Of a DNA stretch of 64,000 nt, positions 8,547-16,302 are shown piece after piece. The DNA comes from Leptospiraceae bacterium. Its GTDB lineage: Bacteria; Spirochaetota; Leptospiria; Leptospirales; Leptonemataceae. How positions within the stretch are numbered: position 1 is the stretch's first letter; every line of letters begins with the position of its first letter. A program made the translations under genes and the position numbers. The notes under the pieces were generated by a model. It was not told the DNA's origin. It did no database searches and saw only the letters and a program-made list of their open reading frames with translations. The stretch lies in the NCBI GenBank assembly GCA_040217195.1, contig JAVJNR010000002.1, positions 288,001 to 352,000 of the forward strand, given 5' to 3'.

Positions 8547-8972
8547 ATGAGTGAAGCAATAATGAAGAAAATCCAGGAGCAAGCCGCCTACTGGGCCCAG
8601 AGCAGTGCCAGGTTTGTGGAAGACACCGTAGTTGAGGAGATTGCTGGCTATGATCGTTCGAAAATCGATGAGCTGCCCCATGGAGTCATTAAGCTGGATG
8701 ATGAAGGGAAGGTCCTATTGTTCAGCCGATATGAATCCCAGAAGTCCGGTGTCCCCGTTGCAGAAGCGGAAGGTAAGCTGTTTTTCAGCCAGGTGGCTCC
8801 CTGCACAAACAATGCAATCTTTCTGGGAGCATTCCAAAAGGGTGTGTCGGAAGGGCATATGGATTTGATTTTTCCTTACACATTTACCTATAAGATGAAA
8901 CCCGCTCCGGTAAAGGTTCATCTGTATCGCAAGGAGGGAACCAGGGATAACTGGGTCTTCATCAAGTGGTAG
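8547..8972 (+). CDS. pyp: Photoactive yellow protein
   Basis: Ungapped match to the PYP core as I recall it: GVIKLD-x2-G, E63 (=E46), GK-x-FF-x2-VAPCT (C86 = chromophore Cys69), F-x-YTF-x-Y-x-M-x-P-x2-VKVH, WVF-x-K; SD AAGGAG. Confidence 0.93.
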   Translation: MSEAIMKKIQEQAAYWAQSSARFVEDTVVEEIAGYDRSKIDELPHGVIKLDDEGKVLLFSRYESQKSGVPVAEAEGKLFFSQVAPCTNNAIFLGAFQKGVSEGHMDLIFPYTFTYKMKPAPVKVHLYRKEGTRDNWVFIKW

Positions 8973-10471
8973 ATGTCTGGAAGAATCTACTTTACCGGCG
9001 GCTGAAAGGAAAGTCGGAGCCTTTATTTCTATTCCCGGAGCAAGCCGTGTCAGCTGCGGCTCTGTGGATGGGAGTAAGGCTCTGGTTGCAGCGCTGGCAA
9101 AGAGAAGATCCGGTTGTGTTTGCAGCCATCGGAGCAGGTCCCGAATACCTGGAGGTATTGGTGGCTACGCTGGTGCGAGGAGGTACTTTTGTTGCCGGTC
9201 ATCCGGAACAGGGATTCGAACATCTCAGGACTGAAATCCTGCAGTGGCAACCAGACTTTGTGGTTCTGGATAGGCATTCATCCTTTACAATTCCCGGATA
9301 TAGGATATGCGATGAAGTCAACGAACATCGTAATGCCTTACTGTTAGGCCGGATCCATGGTTACGAAGATTTGCAGGAAAAGCACCCTCTGCGGCAATTC
9401 CACTCATCTGAGCGAAGAATCATTCTTTCCACGTCTGGAACCACAGGTGGTCAGCGAAAATGGGCTATCCTTTCAGACTACAATCTATTTAGCGTATTGC
9501 GCACTCATCTACCCAGACTACAAATGAAAGGCGCTACGGTTCTGAGCGTACTTCCCTGGAATCATGCCTTTGGATTAATACTGGATCTAATTCCTGCACT
9601 CCTCCGGGCTCGCACTATTGTCAGAGACATTCCAGGGGACGCTTCCCGATTTCTCGCTGTTCAGAAACGATTTGGGATTGATTATGTAAGTGCAGTCCCC
9701 GCAGTATTCGATCGTTGGCTAAAGGATGACTCCGTTAAAGATGTAATCGGAAGCTTTACAGGTGGTCTGCTCGGAGGAGCTTCCGTAAATTCTCAACTGG
9801 CCAATGCACTTCGCGGTAGTAGCTTTCGAGTTGGATACGGGCAAACCGAGGCATCACCCGGAATCACTCTTGGAAATGCCGGAGATTTCAAACAGGGATT
9901 TATTGGCAACGTACTGGGATGTGAAGTAGATATCTCACAGGGAACATTGCATTATCGTGGTCCCAACGTTTGCACTGCCATGGTTAATTTCACCGAATCG
10001 CCAGGTATTCAATTCTCTGAATCGACCAGAGTAGCGCTAGAAGATGCAATGCATTCGTTAACTATAGGGATTCAAAAAAGAGATTCGGGTAACTGGCAGG
10101 ACACCGGCGATATAGTCCAGGAAGTGGAGGGCGGTTTCAGATATCTGGGCCGTGCCAATGATAATTTCAAACTCTCCAATGGACGTTTTCTGGATGCCAT
10201 TGCCTGGGAGAAAGCCCTGGAAGAATCCACCGGGTATCATTGCTATATCGTTTCATTTGATGGTGGTTTCAAAGTCTACTTCGCAGCCCCGGACCATGAA
10301 TCCGGTAAACAATCATTCCCTACGATAAAATTACAAGCCAGACAGTCTCTGGGAAAACTAGGCGAATACATTCGAGGGATGGAGTTCCTGCAGGCCCGGG
10401 ATATACCTCGCAGCTCCAAGGGCGATGTGAATCGGTCCGCACTATCCAATCCAAAGGCCGGAGGATCATAA
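8966..10471 (+). CDS. pcl: AMP-dependent ligase, probable p-coumaroyl-CoA ligase for PYP chromophore attachment
   Basis: STSGTTG P-loop, LPW-x-HAFG, GYGQTEAS, DTGD, GR-x2-D-x-FK; overlaps pyp stop. Confidence 0.8.
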   Translation: MVDVWKNLLYRRLKGKSEPLFLFPEQAVSAAALWMGVRLWLQRWQREDPVVFAAIGAGPEYLEVLVATLVRGGTFVAGHPEQGFEHLRTEILQWQPDFVVLDRHSSFTIPGYRICDEVNEHRNALLLGRIHGYEDLQEKHPLRQFHSSERRIILSTSGTTGGQRKWAILSDYNLFSVLRTHLPRLQMKGATVLSVLPWNHAFGLILDLIPALLRARTIVRDIPGDASRFLAVQKRFGIDYVSAVPAVFDRWLKDDSVKDVIGSFTGGLLGGASVNSQLANALRGSSFRVGYGQTEASPGITLGNAGDFKQGFIGNVLGCEVDISQGTLHYRGPNVCTAMVNFTESPGIQFSESTRVALEDAMHSLTIGIQKRDSGNWQDTGDIVQEVEGGFRYLGRANDNFKLSNGRFLDAIAWEKALEESTGYHCYIVSFDGGFKVYFAAPDHESGKQSFPTIKLQARQSLGKLGEYIRGMEFLQARDIPRSSKGDVNRSALSNPKAGGS

Positions 10472-10472
10472 T

Positions 10473-10994
10473 ATGACTAACAATTCAACGGAAATGGAAG
10501 GGCTAATTTCCAACAGTAAAGTAGAGCATCTTCTGGAATACTTACTCTCCGACGCTCCGCTTTCTGAGGAACAAAAGCAACACTTAACAGAAGAGGCGAA
10601 TACCTGGAAGCAGGACTTGCTAGATCAGTCTTCCATATTTGCGCAAACCAGGCAGCTGCAATCCTACATTGCCCTGCGCTTCACCGAACTGAAGGCTCGC
10701 TGGATTATCTTGAATGCTCGAATACAGGACTGCAACCGCCAGCTGGTTCAGCCAGATCCTGAATTACTCTACCAATCCTCCATTCTCAGTGGATTCCTGG
10801 GTATGCTGGAAGAAGGATTGGAGGCAGGTAGACTGCATCTAATCAATGATGCCCTGGCAAACCAGGCATCAAGTCTGGAAGGCGGGCCGTACGTGGTTAT
10901 CGAGGGAGATCAAGTGATTATTGAAGGAAAGCGAAAGGTGATGATCTATAGAAAGAGCAGTTTAGACGATGATTCTAACAAGCAGTCCTCCTGA
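10473..10994 (+). CDS. PYP-cluster hypothetical helical protein with C-terminal beta motif
   Basis: SD GGAGGA; 1 nt after pcl stop; overlaps tal start. Confidence 0.75.
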   Translation: MTNNSTEMEGLISNSKVEHLLEYLLSDAPLSEEQKQHLTEEANTWKQDLLDQSSIFAQTRQLQSYIALRFTELKARWIILNARIQDCNRQLVQPDPELLYQSSILSGFLGMLEEGLEAGRLHLINDALANQASSLEGGPYVVIEGDQVIIEGKRKVMIYRKSSLDDDSNKQSS

Positions 10995-12528
10995 ACCAGA
11001 GCAACTGGAGGCACTGACCGATTCTGTTCAGATCTCTACTGAAGTCCAGCAGGTCGCTATCGTCAGCAGGCAGCATTTTGACCGTGCCGTTGCGGCCGGA
11101 CAGTCTATATACGGAACGACCACCGGCTACGGTCCATTTGTAGGCTTTCAGGCCCGGGAAGATGGAGGAACTGATTTAATTGAGCATTTGCTTGTTGGAA
11201 GCGGCGAAGCATTGCCTCCAGATCTAATCTCCCCGGCCCTTTATTTGAGGGCCTGGACCATGGCCCAGGGAAGGTCTGGAGTGCGAATCCCGGTAATTCA
11301 GGCTTATCTGGATGCACTTGGTATTTGTCAGACAGGAATGTATCCGGAAATTCCATCCATCGGATCTCTGGGTGCCAGCGGTGATCTTATACCTCTGGCT
11401 CATCTATTGAATGCAATTCTTGGCAGGGGCTCATGGAAAGGGCACTCCGGTAAGACCAGAGTTGCAAATCTAGTAAAAGGTCATTCCATGGATAGACGCG
11501 AAGCCCTGGCCTGTATCAATGGAATCAGTTTTAGTAAGGCCGGCGCTTCTCTGACTTACTGCAAGCTGAATCGCCTACTTCGGATACATGAAATACTGAC
11601 AGCCATTCTATACTATCTTCTGGATGCCAACCCGGATCATCTCAGCCCTACTCTTTTTCAGTCTGCGAATCCTTCCAATACAGCCGGTCGAATGCTCAAT
11701 TATCTAAACTCAATAAATAAGCGAGCGAGCCAGGGAAACTCCGGTCATTCAGGCGCGAAAGATCTGCAACACAGCGCAGAAGGCGAAAGCCCGCGTCATG
11801 GCTACGCACTTCAGGCCCCTTACAGTCTTAGATGCGCTCCACAGACCATAAGTGCCTGCCTGGGGCTATTGAATTCTGCCAGAAGCTCTATTTTTCAGGA
11901 TCTTGAAACCATCGATGACAATCCATTGATCGATCCGGAAACAGGTTTTGTAGCTCATGGAGGAAATTTCTTTGGGCAGTCCACTGCATTCGGCAGCGAT
12001 GAGCTTACAATGGCCGCCTGTCAGTCTGGAGTGCTGGCCGAGCGCCAGCTGGCCTTGATTCTGGATCCAGACTTAAATGGCGAAGAGGCATTGATGCTGG
12101 CGAGAAAACCAGGCCATAGCAGCGGGCTTGCAGGACTGCAACTGACTACTACAGCTCTGGTGGCTGAAATGAGAAGTTTGAGCCAAATGCATAGCACCTA
12201 CAGTATTCCTACGAACGGCAAAAACCAGGATATTGTACCTATGGCCTTTCTGGCTTCCAGACGTGCCCACCAGGTTACGATTCATCTTTCGGCTGTTCTA
12301 GGAGCTCTTTTAATGGCTACCAGAAATCTCTGGCAAATGCGAAATGAAAATGAGGTAGTCTTTGATTATCCCTTCTGGCCGGAACATCGTCTTCGAATGC
12401 TCAGCGAAGCAATTGTCCTGGCTGGAGAAATGGAATACCCGGATGAGTCCCTGGGAAAAACCCTTCAATTTTATCAAAGAGCATTAATAAACCGGGAGAT
12501 CTTGAGCGATGAAAATCTATACCCTTGA
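10969..12528 (+). CDS. tal: Aromatic amino acid ammonia-lyase, tyrosine ammonia-lyase type
   Basis: YG-x-TTG-x-G, MIO-forming ASG in GSLGASGDL-x-PLAH, YSLRC-x-PQ, DNP, HGGNF, NQD; HL selectivity pair (IEHLL-x-G-x-G). Confidence 0.88.
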   Translation: MILTSSPPEPEQLEALTDSVQISTEVQQVAIVSRQHFDRAVAAGQSIYGTTTGYGPFVGFQAREDGGTDLIEHLLVGSGEALPPDLISPALYLRAWTMAQGRSGVRIPVIQAYLDALGICQTGMYPEIPSIGSLGASGDLIPLAHLLNAILGRGSWKGHSGKTRVANLVKGHSMDRREALACINGISFSKAGASLTYCKLNRLLRIHEILTAILYYLLDANPDHLSPTLFQSANPSNTAGRMLNYLNSINKRASQGNSGHSGAKDLQHSAEGESPRHGYALQAPYSLRCAPQTISACLGLLNSARSSIFQDLETIDDNPLIDPETGFVAHGGNFFGQSTAFGSDELTMAACQSGVLAERQLALILDPDLNGEEALMLARKPGHSSGLAGLQLTTTALVAEMRSLSQMHSTYSIPTNGKNQDIVPMAFLASRRAHQVTIHLSAVLGALLMATRNLWQMRNENEVVFDYPFWPEHRLRMLSEAIVLAGEMEYPDESLGKTLQFYQRALINREILSDENLYP

Positions 12529-12982
12529 GACTCAGGTTACTCTGAACGCTTCGGTGAAGGAGGCCTGGGAATTCTTTTCTGATCCTGGAAATCTAAGCAC
12601 TATTACACCGGCATCCATGGGCTTTGAGATTACTCAGCAGGATGGAAAATCTATGTATCCGGGGATGATGATTGGTTATCGCCTTCGGCCTTTTGGCGGG
12701 ATTCCTATTGGATGGGTCACTGAGATTACCCATGTCCGGGAGCCCTATTTCTTTGTGGATGAACAACGTTTTGGTCCGTATCGGCTTTGGCATCATAAGC
12801 ATTTCTTCGAAGAAACCGAAAGTGGATTGCATTGCCGGGACCTAGTTCACTATGCATTACCGGGTGGTTTGGCCGGACGGGCGCTGCATCCTTTCCTGAT
12901 TCGTCCACGTCTGGAGCAGATTTTTTCCTTCAGGCGAATGGTACTGTTAAAGATATTTCGTGGTCCGGAAGTAGAGGATTAG
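12509..12982 (+). CDS. SRPBCC/START-like ligand-binding protein
   Basis: W-x-FFS-x-P-x-NL-x2-ITP, FVDEQ-x2-GPY-x2-W-x-H-x-H-x-F, IF-x-FR. Confidence 0.85.
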   Translation: MKIYTLETQVTLNASVKEAWEFFSDPGNLSTITPASMGFEITQQDGKSMYPGMMIGYRLRPFGGIPIGWVTEITHVREPYFFVDEQRFGPYRLWHHKHFFEETESGLHCRDLVHYALPGGLAGRALHPFLIRPRLEQIFSFRRMVLLKIFRGPEVED

Positions 12983-13184
12983 AGGCAGGCCTAAAAGCCC
13001 TGGAAAATCCAGAATGCCTGGCCGGACTTTTCTGTGATTCGGTGCCGGAAGTAATGCGAACCTATGGCCGTAGCATTTTTCACGCTGCAGTCCAGAGGCC
13101 CTGGACCAAAGAGGTGAAGGATTGCCAACATCTAATTGAATTCTTGCTGGCCTTAGACGATGCAGTCTGATAGAAAGTAAGTCT

Positions 13185-13694
13185 ATGAGAAAGCAAAGGC
13201 AAAACCCCGTCAGGAAGCTGACTCTGTTGATTCTGATTGTAGCGGGATTTTTTCTGGCTAATGTTTCGCTTCAGGCAGAAGGCCAATGGAGCACGGGTCA
13301 GACCTTCGATGCCATTCGCTATGAGGACCAACATGGAAAATTGAGAATCCTGGATGCTTCCGTTCAATATGTAATCTTTCTGGCCGATATGGATGCCAAG
13401 GACAGTCTGCATCAGTTCTTACAGGATGCAGGACAACCCTGGCTGGACAATCACAAGGCTGTGGTCGTTGCAGACATACATGAGATGCCCTATCTGGTAA
13501 GCGTCATGTTTGCTCTTCCAGCCATGCGTGATTACTCCTACGCATTGCATCTAATCCGGGAAGCCGGACCTGGGGAAAGATTTCCTGCGAAAGCCGGTCA
13601 GTTGACATTAATTCGCCTGGAAAACAGAAAAGTCATGAGTATTGAGATCTTTGAGACAGGGAAAGCCTTGATTGAGGCGATTGAATCCAGGTAA
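13185..13694 (+). CDS. Exported hypothetical protein, possibly thioredoxin-like fold
   Basis: Signal peptide (ends SLQA); DQHG, ADI-x2-MP, FALP-x-MRDY-x-Y. Confidence 0.6.
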   Translation: MRKQRQNPVRKLTLLILIVAGFFLANVSLQAEGQWSTGQTFDAIRYEDQHGKLRILDASVQYVIFLADMDAKDSLHQFLQDAGQPWLDNHKAVVVADIHEMPYLVSVMFALPAMRDYSYALHLIREAGPGERFPAKAGQLTLIRLENRKVMSIEIFETGKALIEAIESR

Positions 13695-13730
13695 GTTTTC
13701 AGCGCGACTTGAATCGCTTCTGGATTAGGC

Positions 13731-14561
13731 CTATTTTTTCTTCTGAGTTGTAGGATCGCCTGCATCCAGAATCAAAGGACCTTTTGTCCTTCCATGAATA
13801 AACTGTTGGACCACCGGGTTGTCGGAGTTTCTAATTTCATCTGGAGTACCTACCATTTCAACCTGACCCTGATAAAGGAATGTAATCCGGTCGGCAATAT
13901 AGTAGGCTGATGCCATATCATGGGTCACAACTATCTGCGTTACGGCAAGCTCGCGCTGGAGCTTTCGCACAAGTTCATTAAATACCTGACTCAAGACAGG
14001 ATCCAGCCCGGATGTAGGCTCATCGTACAATAGTATTTCAGGATTGGTGGTCAGTGCACGCGCAATTCCTGCCCTTTTTTTCATTCCTCCAGAGATATTG
14101 GATGGCAGCAGATTCATGGCAGGCATCAAGCCCATGTACTTTAGCTTCTCTTTTACAATTCCATCGATATCTTCTTCCTTTACCAGGCGATGCTCTCGAA
14201 GAGGTAAAGCCACATTGTCATATACACTTAACCAGTTAATGAGTGCACCACTTTGAAACAGAACTCCCATTCGACCTCTGAGTTTTTCCATTCGCTTCTT
14301 GGAAGCGTGAACCATGGATTCGCCTTCAACCAGAACATCTCCCTTATCCGGACTTAAAAGGCCAATGATATGACGAATACTTACTGACTTTCCGGTGCCC
14401 GAACCTCCCAGAAGAACCATCACTTCTCCTCTGCGGACCTGTATGTCCACGCCCTTCAGAATTTCTCTTTCGCCAAAGGACTTGTGTATTCCTTTCATTT
14501 CTATGACCACTTCGCCAAAAGGGCCAGGCTGTGTTTGGGATTTATTTTCGTAAGGGTCCAT
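13731..14561 (-). CDS. mlaF: ABC transporter ATP-binding protein, MlaF/Ttg2A family
   Basis: GGSGTGKS, FQSGAL, ISGGMKKR, LYDEPTSGLDP, VTHD. Confidence 0.9.
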   Translation of the reverse strand: MDPYENKSQTQPGPFGEVVIEMKGIHKSFGEREILKGVDIQVRRGEVMVLLGGSGTGKSVSIRHIIGLLSPDKGDVLVEGESMVHASKKRMEKLRGRMGVLFQSGALINWLSVYDNVALPLREHRLVKEEDIDGIVKEKLKYMGLMPAMNLLPSNISGGMKKRAGIARALTTNPEILLYDEPTSGLDPVLSQVFNELVRKLQRELAVTQIVVTHDMASAYYIADRITFLYQGQVEMVGTPDEIRNSDNPVVQQFIHGRTKGPLILDAGDPTTQKKK

Positions 14562-14600
14562 AGTGTTACTCGGGTTAGAAAGAAACGATACTACAAAAAG

Positions 14601-15443
14601 TCAAAGTGGGGCCCCCGCGGCCAGCCGGAGCATGGTAATTAAATACGCTTCAAGAAATGAAATGGGAGCCTGGCTTTCGCGTAGGTCTTCTGCAAGCAGG
14701 CGACCCTCTCGGAGAACTACCAGAAGGTCTCGAAGGGAAGCATTGGTTCGGTCCAGAAGCACAGGATCATGAAGTAGCAGACTTGCTGTGCCAGTACCGG
14801 GAGTATTGATTTTGTCTGTGGTCTGTGCGATGTTTCGGATGATTCTGCGAATATCGCCCCGGTTTTCGTTCACTACATCGGCGACGATGGTAAGAGGATC
14901 GTCATAGTTCGATGCCTGAACCAGAGATTGTACAGGCCGATTACCACCAGGCAGACTGCCGGTTTTGCGAAAGAATAGCATTTCTTTTGAATTCCAGAGC
15001 ACCGGATCAATGATTGCGCCGCTATTTTCGCTTCCCGGGCGTATATCAATAATCTTATCTGAAATTACAGCCGGATATCTTGTATAGATACGATAATCCG
15101 AGTAGAGTAATGGTAGAGTCCGCATGTTCAACACAGCAATAACTACCTGGCTTGCGCTGGGAGTAGCGGTAGCCGGGTCATTGGAAAGTATGATATGTCC
15201 TTTCGCATCCAGGGGAGTGTACTGTAGATAATTAACATAACCCTGGTCCACTCCAAGTACCTGGACTCGGGACCCAATCTTAATCCCTTCAGCCGACCTC
15301 AGCACCACCGGAAAATAATATTGTAGATCGCGGTTTCGCTCTGCAGGAAGCAGAACGGTAAGACTCATCACTACTATGATAGCCGCCCAGAAAACAGTGC
15401 CGATGATGATTACGGCAGATTTATGTAACCATTTAGATATCAT
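14601..15443 (-). CDS. MCE/MlaD family protein
   Basis: N-terminal TM helix, A-x-GI-x2-GS-x-V-x-V-x-GV-x2-G-x-V MCE motif, C-terminal helical region; between mlaE and mlaF. Confidence 0.8.
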   Translation of the reverse strand: MISKWLHKSAVIIIGTVFWAAIIVVMSLTVLLPAERNRDLQYYFPVVLRSAEGIKIGSRVQVLGVDQGYVNYLQYTPLDAKGHIILSNDPATATPSASQVVIAVLNMRTLPLLYSDYRIYTRYPAVISDKIIDIRPGSENSGAIIDPVLWNSKEMLFFRKTGSLPGGNRPVQSLVQASNYDDPLTIVADVVNENRGDIRRIIRNIAQTTDKINTPGTGTASLLLHDPVLLDRTNASLRDLLVVLREGRLLAEDLRESQAPISFLEAYLITMLRLAAGAPL

Positions 15444-15525
15444 TGTCTGGTCTGCTCATTCCTCCAGAAGAGTGCAGCGATGGAAAGCACAGCCTCATTG
15501 CCTGAAAATCTGTGGCCTTTGATTC

Positions 15526-16302
15526 TCACCTGTAGAACAACGCTGTTGTGAAATATCCGAAAATAATTACAAATAGATAGGACAGTACCACCGATTGTCG
15601 CACAGCAACACCCACTCCAATGGCACCTCCAGTAGCAGTTAACCCCTGCTGACAGGAAATGGCCGAAATGGTAAGTCCAAATAGCAATGCCTTCAAGTTG
15701 CCTACCCATATGTCTTTGAGTCCTGTGTTACCCAGAAGAACTTCCATCACCAGATTGAAATAGGTAGAACTATCCACACCCAGCTGGGTTTTGGCTACCA
15801 GGGATCCGCCCAGAACTCCTAGAAGGCTTGCGTAGTTCGAAAGCACCGGCGTCATGATTGTAAAGCCAATCACTCGCGGCAGAACAAGGTAACGCACCGG
15901 ATTGATGGACATCACTTCCAGTGCATCAATTTCCTCTGAGACAGTCATGGTGCCAATCTCTGCAGCCATGGCAGAACCCACCGCAGCAGAAAGGATCAGT
16001 GCTGTCATGAAGGGAGCCATTTCCCTGGTCAGTGCAACCACGATCACATTTCCGATTTGCTCTTCCTGGCCAAAGTCCTTCAGAGCCAGACCTGTTTGAA
16101 GCGAAAGGATCATACCAGTGAATGTAGCCACAACACTTACTACAAAGAGGGATTTCAATCCTGCAACGTACATCTGCCTCAGTGTTTCGCGTTTCTTAAA
16201 CCATAGATGCGGTAGCTGAAGCATTGTGCGAAACAGCAATAGAAGGGTGCTGCCTGCACCGATAATGGGATCGTAAATGTAGGTGCGTAATAGCCAGATC
16301 AT
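15526..16302 (-). CDS. mlaE: MlaE family ABC permease
   Basis: REMAP, GSAMAAEIGTM-x2-SEEIDALEVM-x-INP-x2-YLV-x-PR, GGA-x-GVG. Confidence 0.92.
   Translation of the reverse strand: MIWLLRTYIYDPIIGAGSTLLLLFRTMLQLPHLWFKKRETLRQMYVAGLKSLFVVSVVATFTGMILSLQTGLALKDFGQEEQIGNVIVVALTREMAPFMTALILSAAVGSAMAAEIGTMTVSEEIDALEVMSINPVRYLVLPRVIGFTIMTPVLSNYASLLGVLGGSLVAKTQLGVDSSTYFNLVMEVLLGNTGLKDIWVGNLKALLFGLTISAISCQQGLTATGGAIGVGVAVRQSVVLSYLFVIIFGYFTTALFYR

Noticed and set aside
10969..12528. Histidine ammonia-lyase (hutH)
   Set aside because: Has HL rather than SH at the selectivity site, no hut genes nearby, and sits with pyp and a CoA ligase.
12832..13170. 112-aa ORF bridging SRPBCC and the next gene
   Set aside because: Overlaps SRPBCC by about 150 nt, no recognisable motif or SD; a short ORF in the gap cannot be fully excluded.
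13153..13176. TTAGAC...TAGAA resembling 423-439 as a second operator
   Set aside because: Short match with different spacing; expected by chance.
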